From: Denitrobacterium detoxificans
Lineage (GTDB): Bacteria > Actinomycetota > Coriobacteriia > Coriobacteriales > Eggerthellaceae
DNA length: 64,000 nt
Assembly: GCF_015062615.1 (NCBI RefSeq)
Contig: NZ_SUUH01000005.1
Location: forward strand, 16,061 to 80,060
Reading direction: 5' to 3'
Part shown: one piece after another, positions 1 through 11,115 of the stretch
Position numbering within the stretch: position 1 is the stretch's first letter
Layout of the letters: every line of letters starts with the position of its first letter
Position numbers and translations under genes: made by a program
Notes under the pieces: model-generated
Databases searched by the model: none
Seen by the model: the letters and a program-made list of their open reading frames with translations, nothing else
What the model was told of the DNA's origin: nothing

Positions 1-298
1 CGGTGCCCGCGTTGGTGTAGGCGATGGCAATGATGTACGTTATTTGGCTTGCAAACAGGCCGAATACGCCAAAGAAGAGAATGTGGATGAGCGCCTTGGG
101 GTCGTGGAGGAGCTCTCGTGCGCTCGTGCGACGCCCCAATACGATGGCGATGGCGAAAAGGGCGCCCGAAGCTACCATGCGGATGGCGGTGACGAACAGG
201 GTCGATATGGCGTAGTTTTCGAGTAGGTATTGGGAGCACGTGCCCGAGAAGCCCCATAGCGCTGCGCCGAGCAGGGTGGATGCTACGCCCCACGCCAT
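1..298 (-). CDS. EamA/DMT-family transporter, N-terminal fragment (gene runs off left edge)
   Basis: Own translation of minus strand from ATG at 298..296: MAWGVASTLLGAALWGFSGTCSQYLLENYAISTLFVTAIRMVASGALFAIAIVLGRR..., a hydrophobic EamA-like first repeat. Absent from ORF track because it is open-ended. Confidence 0.6.
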   Translation of the reverse strand, partial: MAWGVASTLLGAALWGFSGTCSQYLLENYAISTLFVTAIRMVASGALFAIAIVLGRRTSARELLHDPKALIHILFFGVFGLFASQITYIIAIAYTNAGT

Positions 299-409
299 GC
301 GTCCTCGTTTTGCCTGTTTCTTTTGCTCCGCCTTCAAATGCTGCTCCTCAATAACGAAGGGGAAGCGCCAAACGCGTTTCCCCTTCGTTGCTTGCGTATG
401 GCACGCGGT

Positions 410-1063
410 TTACTTCGTGCCGAAGATGCGGTCGCCGGCATCGCCCAGGCCGGGCACGATGTAGGCGTCGTCGTTCAGGCACTCGTCTACGGCGCAGGTG
501 TAGATCTGCACGTCGGGGTCGGCGTCGAGCACGGCGCGCAGGCCTTCGGGTGCGGCTACGAGCACCATCAGCTTCAGCTGCTTGACGCCCTGTTCGCGCA
601 GGTAGCGGATGGCGTCGATGGAAGAACCGCCCGTGGCGAGCATGGGGTCGACGATGAGCACGTAGCGGCTGGCGATGTCGCTGGGCAGCTTGCCATAGTA
701 CACGTGCGGCACGTGCGTTTCCGGGTCGCGGTACATGCCCAGGTGGCCAATGTGGGCCGAGGGGATGAGCTCGAGCATGCCGTCGACCATGCCCAGGCCA
801 GCGCGCAGAATGGGCACGATGGCGACGTCGTGGCCCGCATCAACGTGATAGCAGGTGGTCTTGCAGATGGGCGTTTCCACCTCGACCTCTTCCAGGGTGA
901 GGTCACGCGTGGCTTCGTAGCCCTCGAACAGGGAAAGCTCTTTCACGAGCGTGCGGAATTGGCTGCAGGGCGTGTCCTTGCTGCGCAGAATCGAAAGCTT
1001 GTGGAGCACCATGGGGTGGTCGACGACGGTTACGCGCGGGCCGAATTCTTCGAGCACAGTCAT
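410..1063 (-). CDS. upp: uracil phosphoribosyltransferase
   Basis: ORF 410..1183 trimmed to ATG 1063 (MTVLEEF...). PRPP-binding VDPMLATGGS and PILRAGLGM motifs; 217 aa is a typical length. Confidence 0.95.
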   Translation of the reverse strand: MTVLEEFGPRVTVVDHPMVLHKLSILRSKDTPCSQFRTLVKELSLFEGYEATRDLTLEEVEVETPICKTTCYHVDAGHDVAIVPILRAGLGMVDGMLELIPSAHIGHLGMYRDPETHVPHVYYGKLPSDIASRYVLIVDPMLATGGSSIDAIRYLREQGVKQLKLMVLVAAPEGLRAVLDADPDVQIYTCAVDECLNDDAYIVPGLGDAGDRIFGTK

Positions 1064-1181
1064 GTTGATACCTTCCTGTTTTGTCGTAATGCTGGTAGTA
1101 GTATACCGCGCGTGCCTATAATGGCGCCGTAAACGGATGTATGCATGCCGAATGCATGGCATAAACGAAGGGAAAGCGCAC

Positions 1182-1616
1182 ATGGTTATCTCGATGGGCT
1201 CCGATCACGCCGGGTTCGAGCAGAAGGAACAGCTGAAGGCATACCTGCAGCAGCAGGGCCACACGGTGCTCGATAGGGGCTGCGATAGCGCCGATCGCGT
1301 CGATTATCCCGACTTTGCGCTTCCCGTTGCCCAGGATGTCGCCGCGGGCGAAGCCGCGCGTGGCGTCCTGGTGTGCGGCACGGGCATCGGCATGGCCCTG
1401 GCTGCCGACAAGGTGGCAGGCATTCGCGCTGCCAACATCATTACGCCCCAGTTCGCGGCCCTGTGTCGCGAGCATAATGATGCGAACGTCATTACGCTTT
1501 CCGGTCGCTTCGTGAGCTTTGAGACGAATTGCGAGATTCTCGACGCTTTCCTCTCCACGGAATTTGGCGGCGGTCGCCATGCTGGTCGCGTGGAAAAAAT
1601 CATGAGCCTCGATTAA
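1182..1616 (+). CDS. rpiB: ribose-5-phosphate isomerase B (RpiB/LacAB family)
   Basis: ORF 1137..1616 trimmed to MVISMGSDHAGFE...; CGTGIGMALAADK motif; 144 aa. Confidence 0.9.
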   Translation: MVISMGSDHAGFEQKEQLKAYLQQQGHTVLDRGCDSADRVDYPDFALPVAQDVAAGEAARGVLVCGTGIGMALAADKVAGIRAANIITPQFAALCREHNDANVITLSGRFVSFETNCEILDAFLSTEFGGGRHAGRVEKIMSLD

Positions 1617-1746
1617 TTCGCCCCACGCTTCTTATCTTGTGTCCCGCTGCCATCACTGTCTATGTGTAGTAGCCGATATCGGGGGTTCCTAATCGCCGCG
1701 GGAGTGCTAGCATGGCACGCATACTACTTCGAGCGAAAGGAACGCC

Positions 1747-3006
1747 ATGCCATTTCAGTTTATTGACAAGACTGATCCGCAAGTTGCTGCCGCCATCAGC
1801 GAAGAGCTGTCGCGTCAGCGTGGTACCATCGAGCTCATTGCTAGCGAGAATATCGTTTCACCTGCGGTAATGGAGGCCATGGGCAGCGTGCTCACCAACA
1901 AGTACGCTGAAGGCTATCCGGGCAAGCGTTACTATGGCGGCTGCGAGAAGGTCGACATCGTCGAAGACCTGGCGCGCGACCGTGCGAAGGAGCTCTTCGG
2001 CGCCAAGTTCGCCAACGTGCAGCCTCACTCTGGCGCTCAGGCCAACTACGCTGCGTATGCTGCCATCATCAAGCCGGGTGACACCATTCTGGGCATGAGC
2101 CTCGATAACGGCGGCCACCTCACGCATGGTTCGCCCGTGAATTTCTCGGGCAAGCTGTATCACGTGGAAGCCTATGGCGTGGGCGAAGACGAGCGCATCG
2201 ACTACGACGCGCTCCAGGCTCAGGCCGAAGAGGTGAAGCCCCAGGTCATCGTTGCTGGCGCGAGCGCCTATCCGCGCATCATCGATTTCGAGCGCCTGGC
2301 TCAGATTGCCCATGGCGTGGGCGCCTACCTCATGGTCGACATGGCTCACATTGCCGGCCTGGTTGCCGCGGGCGAGCATCCCAGCCCCGTGCCCTATGCC
2401 GACATCGTTACCTCTACCACGCACAAGACGCTGCGCGGTCCTCGCGGCGGCCTGATCCTCACCAACGACGAGGCCCTGGCCAAGAAGATCAACAGCGCGG
2501 TGTTCCCCGGTACGCAGGGCGGCCCGCTCATGCACGTTATCGCCGGCAAGGCCGTTGCCTTCGGCGAGGCTCTGAAGCCCGAATTCAAGACCTACATCCA
2601 TAATGTGGTTGTGAACTGCGCGGCTATGGGTCGCGGCATGACGGATGGCGGCCTTCGCCTGGTTTCCGGTGGCACCGACAACCATCTGTGCCTGGTCGAC
2701 CTTACGCCCGCCGATGTCACGGGTAAGGATGCCGAGCGCGTGCTCGAGGAAGTTGGCCTTACGGTGAACAAGAACACCATCCCCAACGAGACGCGTTCCC
2801 CGTTCGTCACCAGCGGTATCCGCGTTGGCACGGCTGCGGGCACCACGCGTGGCCTGAACGAGGAAGAGTTCTACACCATCGGTTCCTGCATCGCCGACGC
2901 TGTGTTCGCTTTCGCGCGCGACGATTCCGCCGCGCTGGCTGCTACGCGCGAGCGCGTGCAGGCCATCATTGATGCGCATCCGCTCTATCCAGAACTCGAC
3001 TTCTAA
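1747..3006 (+). CDS. glyA: serine hydroxymethyltransferase
   Basis: 419 aa; PLP-lysine motif [12 protein letters not shown] and [15 protein letters not shown]. Confidence 0.97.
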   Translation: MPFQFIDKTDPQVAAAISEELSRQRGTIELIASENIVSPAVMEAMGSVLTNKYAEGYPGKRYYGGCEKVDIVEDLARDRAKELFGAKFANVQPHSGAQANYAAYAAIIKPGDTILGMSLDNGGHLTHGSPVNFSGKLYHVEAYGVGEDERIDYDALQAQAEEVKPQVIVAGASAYPRIIDFERLAQIAHGVGAYLMVDMAHIAGLVAAGEHPSPVPYADIVTSTTHKTLRGPRGGLILTNDEALAKKINSAVFPGTQGGPLMHVIAGKAVAFGEALKPEFKTYIHNVVVNCAAMGRGMTDGGLRLVSGGTDNHLCLVDLTPADVTGKDAERVLEEVGLTVNKNTIPNETRSPFVTSGIRVGTAAGTTRGLNEEEFYTIGSCIADAVFAFARDDSAALAATRERVQAIIDAHPLYPELDF

Positions 3007-3033
3007 GCCAAAACGCATAGTTACGTTCTGGGG

Positions 3034-3063
3034 TGGCCGGCATACGTCGGCCATCTCTTTTTA
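3034..3063 (+). terminator. weak intrinsic terminator after glyA
   Basis: TGGCCG/CGGCCA 6-bp stem followed by TCTCTTTTTAT. Confidence 0.4.
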
Positions 3064-3145
3064 TGTCGGTGGGTTTTCGGAAGTGTGAATGCTCTTCTAT
3101 ATGTCGTATGGGGGAGTATAATGCTCGCAATATATCCGAGGCGTA

Positions 3146-3628
3146 ATGGCAGGGGAAGCAATGGAACAGGGTATCGACCGTCCTTCGTGGGACGAATACT
3201 TCATGACGCTCGCCGATGAGGTGGCTACGCGTTCCACGTGCCTGCGCCGTTCGGTTGGTGCGCTCATCGTGAAGGACCGTCGTATTCTGGCCACGGGCTA
3301 CAATGGCGTTCCCAGCGGCTTGCGCCATTGCTCGGAAACGGGGTGCTTGCGTCAGCAGCTCAACGTTCCCAGTGGACAGCGTCACGAGATCTGCCGCGGC
3401 CTGCATGCCGAACAGAACGCCATCATCCAGGCGGCGCGCTATGGCATCGACATTTCCGGTGCAAGCATCTACATCACCACCCAGCCGTGCGTGGTGTGCG
3501 CGAAGATGCTCATCAACGCTGGCATTAGCGAGATCGTGTACAAGAACCCGTATCCCGACGATCTTTCCGCCGAACTGCTTGCCGAGTCGGGCATCAAGAT
3601 GCGCGTGTATGACGAAAGCGCGAACTAG
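3146..3628 (+). CDS. dCMP deaminase (ComEB-type cytidine/deoxycytidylate deaminase)
   Basis: Zinc motifs HAEQNAI and [14 protein letters not shown]; 160 aa. Confidence 0.9.
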   Translation: MAGEAMEQGIDRPSWDEYFMTLADEVATRSTCLRRSVGALIVKDRRILATGYNGVPSGLRHCSETGCLRQQLNVPSGQRHEICRGLHAEQNAIIQAARYGIDISGASIYITTQPCVVCAKMLINAGISEIVYKNPYPDDLSAELLAESGIKMRVYDESAN

Positions 3629-3659
3629 CGCCCTCATTGCACGTGAACCTTATGGACTA

Positions 3660-3700
3660 GATGCGCCCCAGCACATCCGCTGGGGCGCATCTTTCATGCA
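3660..3700 (+). terminator. intrinsic terminator after dCMP deaminase
   Basis: 13-bp perfect stem GATGCGCCCCAGC/GCTGGGGCGCATC followed by a T-rich tract. Confidence 0.7.
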
Positions 3701-3877
3701 TTTCTTTATACATGCTCTCGAAAGGCCCATGTAATGCATAACCCATTCCGGGCGATATTATGCATTTCTGTGAAAATACGGCTCACTTATCCAGTTTTTT
3801 ACGCTTTCTTCGGGGTCACATCCGAAAGTTAGTTATGATACGTACCGTTGTTTTGAGTCTGACGAGAAAGTGTAGAC

Positions 3878-4165
3878 GTGGCGTTACCTATCGTCCTTGG
3901 TGTCATTCTGGGAGCCCTTGGCTTCCTGCCCCTGCGGGGCGCGCTTACGGCCGCTCGTAAGGTCACGAGTACGTCTAATTTTTCTCATGCCAGCATTCTG
4001 CTGCTGGCGGTTGTCGGCTCATCCATCATTTTGTTCGGTTCGGCTGTGCTCTGCATCGTGCTCAGTCGTAGCAATGTTCTTCCCTTTGTCGGGGGAGAGG
4101 TCGCCGGCATCGTAGTCTGCGCCCTCGGCTTCGGCATTTGGAAGGCCGTATCAAGCGGGAAATAG
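3878..4165 (+). CDS. small 3-TM membrane protein at head of atp operon (AtpI-like position)
   Basis: 95-aa hydrophobic ORF with GTG start, immediately upstream of atpB. Assignment rests on position only. Confidence 0.45.
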   Translation: MALPIVLGVILGALGFLPLRGALTAARKVTSTSNFSHASILLLAVVGSSIILFGSAVLCIVLSRSNVLPFVGGEVAGIVVCALGFGIWKAVSSGK

Positions 4166-4178
4166 GGAAAGGCAAATA

Positions 4179-4952
4179 GTGGACGCGCTTACTCAGCTAG
4201 CAAATTCCGTTCCTGAGCTTCAGGAATCCCTGCAATCTCAGACCGTCTTCGGTCCTGTGACCACCTTCACGCTGTGGATGGTCATCGTGTTCGCGCTGGT
4301 GCTCGTTCTCGTGCTCACCGCCGCGAAGAAGCTCACCCTCGTTCCGAACAGCAAGTTCGTCAACCTGGTTGAGTATGGCTACGAATTCGTCCGTCGCGAC
4401 ATGGGCGAAAACGCCATTGGTCATGGCTACGAGAAGCACATTCCCTTCCTGGCCACGCTTTTCTTCTTCATCCTCATTTCGAACTTCATCGGCCTGGTGC
4501 CGGGCTTCAAGACCCCCACGGGCACGCTGAACAACACCTGGGCGTTGTCTCTCATCGCCTTCGTCTACTTCAACTACTACGGCATCAAGACCAAGGGTGG
4601 CTGGGGTTACATCAAGTCCATCGCTCCTTCGGGCCTGCCCGTGGTGATGGTTCCCATCATCTGGTTCTTCGAGCTTATCTCGCTGGTGCTGCGTCTGCTC
4701 ACCCTGGCCGTGCGACTCTATGGCAACATGTTCGCTGGCCACATGGTGCTCGGCATCTTCGCTTTGGCATCCAGCATCTTCCTTACGTCGGCCATCGCGG
4801 GTGGCGGCATCGTTCCCGGTGTCATCTCGCCCCTGTGGTTCGTTTTCCTCATCGCAATGTATGCGCTTGAGACTCTGGTAGCCTTCCTGCAGGCGTACGT
4901 GTTCACCATTCTTTCCGCGGTGTACATCTCGCTTGCCACGAGCGCTCACTAG
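4179..4952 (+). CDS. atpB: F0F1 ATP synthase subunit a
   Basis: 257 aa, polytopic; conserved Arg motif LAVRLYGNMFAGH. Confidence 0.95.
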   Translation: MDALTQLANSVPELQESLQSQTVFGPVTTFTLWMVIVFALVLVLVLTAAKKLTLVPNSKFVNLVEYGYEFVRRDMGENAIGHGYEKHIPFLATLFFFILISNFIGLVPGFKTPTGTLNNTWALSLIAFVYFNYYGIKTKGGWGYIKSIAPSGLPVVMVPIIWFFELISLVLRLLTLAVRLYGNMFAGHMVLGIFALASSIFLTSAIAGGGIVPGVISPLWFVFLIAMYALETLVAFLQAYVFTILSAVYISLATSAH

Positions 4953-5077
4953 GCCGCCTGCTCGCGGCGTCACGCGAGCCTTCTATCCCGGATCTATGTC
5001 GGCGGGTACACAGTCGGCAGATCATACATATCAGCTTGATTGCGAAGCGGTTTCGCAATCGAACAAAGGAGGAACAA

Positions 5078-5296
5078 GTGGAAACTATTTTCACCATCGC
5101 CGCCCTTAAGGTAGTCGGCTATGGCCTCGGCGCCATTGGGCCTGGCATCGGCATCGGCGTGGCCACCTACGGCTGCTGCGTTGCTACCGCCCGCCAGCCT
5201 GAACTGGCCGGCCGTATCTTCACCAACTTCATCATTGGTGCTGCTCTGGCCGAGGCACTGGCCCTCATCGGCTTCGTGCTGACGTTCATTATGTAA
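5078..5296 (+). CDS. atpE: F0F1 ATP synthase subunit c
   Basis: ORF 5036..5296 trimmed to GTG 5078, preceded by AAGGAGG. Hairpin protein of 72 aa with carboxylate in GAALAEALALIGF. Confidence 0.92.
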   Translation: METIFTIAALKVVGYGLGAIGPGIGIGVATYGCCVATARQPELAGRIFTNFIIGAALAEALALIGFVLTFIM

Positions 5297-5350
5297 ATTC
5301 AACCTTATAACGGATTCATCTGCCGTAATAAGGCTGAAAGGAGCAAGAGA

Positions 5351-5956
5351 GTGGAATTCAAGACGAACAAAGTACTGGCGGGTGCAAGCGCTTTCGCGCT
5401 GGCTACGTCGGTCCTCAGCGTCCCCACTGTCGCGTTCGCAGAAGAAAAGAGCGGTATCGCGGCCATCCTGCCCGATCCTATCGAGTTCGTGCCCATGCTC
5501 ATCGCCTTCGTCATCCTCTGGGTGATCCTGGCGAAGTTCGGCTGGCCCCTGTTCGATAAGATGCTGGAAAAGCGCGCCTCTACCATCAAGGAAAACCTTG
5601 AGCAGGCTGAAGAGGCACGTCAGGAAGGCGAGCGCGTACTGGCCGAGTACAAGCAGGAGCTTGCTCAGGCCAAGACGCAGGCTTCGCAGATCGTCGCCGA
5701 TGCCAAAGCTGCTGGTGAAGCCGCCAAGGCTGACATCACGGCTCAGGCTCAGCGCGAGGCTGCCGAAATGATCGCGAAGGCACAGGTTGCCATCGAGGCC
5801 GAAAAGAAGGCTGCCATCGCCGAACTGCAGGGCTCTATCGCCGATACGTCGATTGCCGTGGCTTCTAAGCTCATCGCCAACGATCTGACCGACGACGAGC
5901 ACCGCGCTCTGATCGAACGCTACGTGAGCGAGGCGGGTAGTTTCAATGCCAACTAA
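5351..5956 (+). CDS. atpF: F0F1 ATP synthase subunit b (with N-terminal signal-peptide-like extension)
   Basis: GTG start 7 nt after AAAGGAG. TM segment followed by a long charged Ala/Glu/Lys helix typical of subunit b. Confidence 0.9.
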   Translation: MEFKTNKVLAGASAFALATSVLSVPTVAFAEEKSGIAAILPDPIEFVPMLIAFVILWVILAKFGWPLFDKMLEKRASTIKENLEQAEEARQEGERVLAEYKQELAQAKTQASQIVADAKAAGEAAKADITAQAQREAAEMIAKAQVAIEAEKKAAIAELQGSIADTSIAVASKLIANDLTDDEHRALIERYVSEAGSFNAN

Positions 5957-6521
5957 TCGTCACGACATCCAGGCCGAAGCCGAAGTCTACGCATCCAATC
6001 TTCTGGATGCCGCTCAGGCTGCCGGTGGTCTCGACGCCGTGATGGCCGTACGTGCCCAGCTCGATCAGATCGTTGCCTACGATCGTTCGCATGTCGAGCT
6101 CACCGATGCCATGCAGGATCTTGCATACACGGTCGAGCAGCGCAGCGAGCTGATTAGGAACGTCTTTTCCGACTGCCGTCCTGAACTGGTTTCGGTGTTG
6201 GGCGTTATGGCCGAACGTGGCGATTGGGAAGACCTGGCCCGTATCCGGGCCGCATTCAACCAGCAGATTGTCGACAAGCTGAACGTGAACGTGATCGACG
6301 TGACCACGCGCGTTGCCCTCGACGACCATCTGCGCCAGGTTATCAAAGACAAGGCTGCCGCCGAACTGGGCGGAACCATCGTGCTCGTGGAGAGCATCGA
6401 CGATTCCATCCTGGGTGGCATCATCATGAACGCAAACGGCAAGCGTATCGATGCAAGCATGCGCACCATGCTCACGAACGCTCGCAGTGTGCTTAAAGAA
6501 ACTGATGGAGGTGAATGCTAG
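5946..6521 (+). CDS. atpH: F0F1 ATP synthase subunit delta
   Basis: 191 aa; position between atpF and atpA; overlaps atpF by 11 nt. Confidence 0.88.
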   Translation: MPTNRHDIQAEAEVYASNLLDAAQAAGGLDAVMAVRAQLDQIVAYDRSHVELTDAMQDLAYTVEQRSELIRNVFSDCRPELVSVLGVMAERGDWEDLARIRAAFNQQIVDKLNVNVIDVTTRVALDDHLRQVIKDKAAAELGGTIVLVESIDDSILGGIIMNANGKRIDASMRTMLTNARSVLKETDGGEC

Positions 6522-8092
6522 TGACTGAAATCACCGCACAGTCTATCGACGAGGCACTGCGCAAGCAGCTCGACGCTCTGAACACGAGCGTGGAATCTCG
6601 CGAGGTTGGCACGGTCATTCAGGTCGGCGACGGTATTGCCCGCATCGATGGCCTGAAGGGCGCGATGGCTGGCGAGCTGCTCGAGTTCACCGGGGCCAAC
6701 GGCCAGACCGTTTACGGTATGGCCCAGAACCTCGAAGAGGACGAAGTAGGCGCCGTTCTGCTGGGTGACGTCACCGCAATCAAGGAAAACGACCAGGTGA
6801 AGACCACCGGTCGTATCGTGGAAATCCCCGTCGGTCGCGGAATGTTCGGGCGCGTAGTAAACGCCCTGGGCATGCCCATCGACGGCAAGGGCCCCATCGA
6901 GGCCGAGGGCACGCGCCCCGTGGAGTTCAAGGCTCCCGGCGTTATCGCTCGTCAGCCTGTGTGCGAGCCCATGCAGACGGGTATCCTCGCTGTCGACTCG
7001 ATGATCCCCATCGGTCGCGGTCAGCGCGAACTTATCATTGGCGACCGCCAGACCGGTAAGACCGCTATCGCCATCGACGCGATCATCAACCAAAAGGGTC
7101 AGGACATGATCTGCATCTACGTGGCAATCGGCCAGAAGGCCTCCACGGTTGCGGGTCTGGTGGAGACCCTGGAAAAGCATGGCGCCATGGACTACACCAT
7201 CGTAGTCTCCGCCACCGCTTCCGACTCCGCTCCGCTGCAGTACATCGCCCCCATGGCTGGTGCTGCTATCGGCGAGTACTTCATGTACAACGGCAAGGAC
7301 GGCAAGCCGGCCAGCAAGGACAATCCTGGCGGCCACGTGCTCTGCATCTACGACGACCTGTCCAAGCAGGCTGTCGCCTACCGCCAGATGTCGCTGACGC
7401 TGCGTCGCCCGCCGGGACGCGAAGCTTACCCTGGCGACGTTTTCTACCTGCATTCTCGCCTGCTCGAGCGTGCAGTAAAGATGAACGACGAGAACGGTGC
7501 TGGCTCTCTCACGGCTCTGCCGATCATCGAGACCCAGGCTGGCGACGTTTCCGCCTACATTCCTACCAACGTGATTTCGATCACCGACGGTCAGATCTTC
7601 TTGCAGACCGACCTGTTCTTCCAGGGCCAGCGCCCTGCAATTAACGTGGGTATCTCCGTATCCCGTGTAGGCGGTTCTGCTCAGACGAAGGCCATGAAGC
7701 AGGTTGCCGGTTCGCTCCGTCTCGACCTTGCTTCCTACCGCGAGCTGCAGGCATTTACGCAGTTCGGTAGCGACCTCGACAAGGCTACGCAGGATCAGCT
7801 GAACCGTGGTGCCCGTATGACCGAGCTTCTGAAGCAGGGTCGTTACGTGCCGATGCCCTTCGAGGAGCAGGCTCTGGCCATCTATGCTGGTGGCAATGGC
7901 TTCCTCGACGACATCGCGGTCGAAGACATCGTTCGCTTCCGTGGCGAGATGCTCGACTTCGTGCGTGCTTCCCGCGGCGATCTCCTTGCGCACCTGCGCA
8001 CGGAAAAGAAGTGGACCGATGACATCAAGGCGGAAGCTAACGAGGCTATTGAAGCCTTCAAGCAGCAGTTCGCCGGTTCGGCCCAGGCTTAA
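6515..8092 (+). CDS. atpA: F0F1 ATP synthase subunit alpha
   Basis: Walker A GDRQTGKT; 525 aa. Alternative GTG start at 6521 has better spacing to GGAGG. Confidence 0.97.
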   Translation: MLVTEITAQSIDEALRKQLDALNTSVESREVGTVIQVGDGIARIDGLKGAMAGELLEFTGANGQTVYGMAQNLEEDEVGAVLLGDVTAIKENDQVKTTGRIVEIPVGRGMFGRVVNALGMPIDGKGPIEAEGTRPVEFKAPGVIARQPVCEPMQTGILAVDSMIPIGRGQRELIIGDRQTGKTAIAIDAIINQKGQDMICIYVAIGQKASTVAGLVETLEKHGAMDYTIVVSATASDSAPLQYIAPMAGAAIGEYFMYNGKDGKPASKDNPGGHVLCIYDDLSKQAVAYRQMSLTLRRPPGREAYPGDVFYLHSRLLERAVKMNDENGAGSLTALPIIETQAGDVSAYIPTNVISITDGQIFLQTDLFFQGQRPAINVGISVSRVGGSAQTKAMKQVAGSLRLDLASYRELQAFTQFGSDLDKATQDQLNRGARMTELLKQGRYVPMPFEEQALAIYAGGNGFLDDIAVEDIVRFRGEMLDFVRASRGDLLAHLRTEKKWTDDIKAEANEAIEAFKQQFAGSAQA

Positions 8093-8105
8093 GAGGCGGT
8101 AACGG

Positions 8106-9029
8106 ATGCCAAACCTACACGACATTCAAAGGCGCATCAACTCCGTCAACTCGACGAAGCAGATCACCCGTACCATGGAAATGGTGTCGGCGGCCAAGAT
8201 TCGCAAGGCGACCGAACGCGTTGCCGCGACCACGCCGTATTCCGACTCCATGGCCGAAATGCTCGGGCATGTTGCCGAAAGTGCAGGTGGCTCGGAAAAT
8301 CCTCTGTTGCAGGAACATGATGAAGTAAAGAACGTGCTGGCCATCGCCGTGGTTTCCGACCGCGGTCTGGCCGGCGGGTTCAACGCGAACGTCCTTCGCA
8401 CCGTGGAAAAGCAGATCAAGAAGCTTTCCACGGATGGTGTGGATACTCACGTTATCGCGTGTGGCAAGAAGGCAATCTCGTACTTCAGCTTCCGCGGAAT
8501 CGAATTGGACATGGTGTTCAAGGACCTTTCCGCAGACCCGACGTTCGATGAAGCCGCCACTATCGCGCAGCGTGCCATCACCGGGTATACGAACGGCGAC
8601 TACGACAAGGTCGTCATCGTGTACAACCACGCGAAGAACGCGGCAGAGCAGACGCTTCGCACCGAAACGATTCTGCCCATCGATGCTAGCGCGCTTGCGC
8701 GCGAGGAGGATTTCTCCAAGGCACTCGAGGCAGGCGTGGCGGCCGAGGCCGAAGAGAACGTATCCACTGGCGATGTGGACTTCGAGCCCAGCGCCGAGGA
8801 CGTACTCGACAGCTTGCTTCCCGCATACGTGAAGATGATGATCTACCACGCACTGGTTGACAGCGCCTGTGGTGAGCAGGGCGCTCGCCGCAACGCCATG
8901 AAATCAGCAACCGATAATGCGACCGAGATGGTGGAAACGCTCGAGCGTTACTACAATCGAGTTCGCCAAGGTGCCATCACGACCGAGATCAACGAGATCG
9001 TCGGTGGCGCAGCAGCTTTGGAGGAATAA
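8106..9029 (+). CDS. atpG: F0F1 ATP synthase subunit gamma
   Basis: 307 aa; conserved ends ITRTMEMVSAAK ... ITTEINEIVGGAAAL. Confidence 0.96.
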   Translation: MPNLHDIQRRINSVNSTKQITRTMEMVSAAKIRKATERVAATTPYSDSMAEMLGHVAESAGGSENPLLQEHDEVKNVLAIAVVSDRGLAGGFNANVLRTVEKQIKKLSTDGVDTHVIACGKKAISYFSFRGIELDMVFKDLSADPTFDEAATIAQRAITGYTNGDYDKVVIVYNHAKNAAEQTLRTETILPIDASALAREEDFSKALEAGVAAEAEENVSTGDVDFEPSAEDVLDSLLPAYVKMMIYHALVDSACGEQGARRNAMKSATDNATEMVETLERYYNRVRQGAITTEINEIVGGAAALEE

Positions 9030-10462
<1,433 letters not shown>

Positions 10463-10463
<1 letters not shown>

Positions 10464-10879
10464 TGGCTAGCATTACCTGCGACATCGTCACCCCGGTCAA
10501 GAAGCTCTTCGGAGAAGACTGCTACATGGTGGTCGTGCCGGGCGTGGAAGGCAACATGGGCTTTCTGCCCGGACATGCACAGCTGATGTCGACGCTGGCC
10601 GACGGTGTTGTTCGCGTCTACTCCGATGCCAACACCGTGTCCTCTACGTACGCGCTGCAGGGCGGTTATGTGCAGGTGACCGGTGAAAAGGTCATCGTCC
10701 TGGCCGACCGTGCCGTACCGGTCGAGAGCATCGACCTGGAAGCTGTGCGCGCACAGATCGCCGAGACGGAAGAGGCCATCAAGGCCGAAACCGACGAGGC
10801 TGCCAAGGCTCTGGCTGAGGCAGATCTGGCGTGGTACAAGGTGCAGGAGCACGCTGCCAGCGGCAACGTTGCTGCGTAG
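10463..10879 (+). CDS. atpC: F0F1 ATP synthase subunit epsilon
   Basis: ORF 10373..10879 trimmed to ATG 10463 (TAATG overlap with the atpD stop); 138 aa. Confidence 0.92.
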
Positions 10880-10903
10880 TCTCCACTGCATAGCTTGAAG
10901 CGA

Positions 10904-10932
10904 ATGGGCACCCTTCGGGGTGCCCATTTTTT
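10904..10932 (+). terminator. intrinsic terminator of atp operon
   Basis: ATGGGCACCC-TTCG-GGGTGCCCAT followed by TTTTT. Confidence 0.9.
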
Positions 10933-11115
10933 GCGCCGTGCACCTACGAGTGATGTGGGAATTGGCTTTGCGAAGGCGCTCGGCTCCCCGGTGTAAACGG
11001 CATACCTAGGCGATATGCGCCCGAATTGGTAACAATCACTGGGCGGGCGCCCTCGCAGTATGCTTCTGAATGTATAATCACGCTATCTTCATAAGCACGA
11101 GAGGGGCGTGGTGTT

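Noticed and set aside
1617-1746. Riboswitch or leader upstream of glyA (ZTP/THF type) and upstream of the purine permease (50938-51060, purine riboswitch).
   Set aside because: None of the conserved cores I can recall for these classes is present, and only short generic hairpins are seen. A covariance-model scan would be needed to exclude them fully.
3878-4165. Confident call of AtpI for the small ORF ahead of atpB.
   Set aside because: Only the position and hydrophobicity support it, the RBS is weak and the start is GTG. It is kept as a low-confidence membrane protein rather than a named subunit.
6518-8125. 535-aa ORF antisense to atpA. Similar long antisense ORFs lie at 1858-3054 (opposite glyA), 8904-10286 (opposite atpD), 14980-16425, 17704-18834, 40158-41408 and 59343-60950.
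   Set aside because: These are typical stop-poor antisense frames of a high-GC genome. Their composition is Arg/Ala/Gly/His-rich, no RBS is present, and the sense strand encodes well-recognised proteins.
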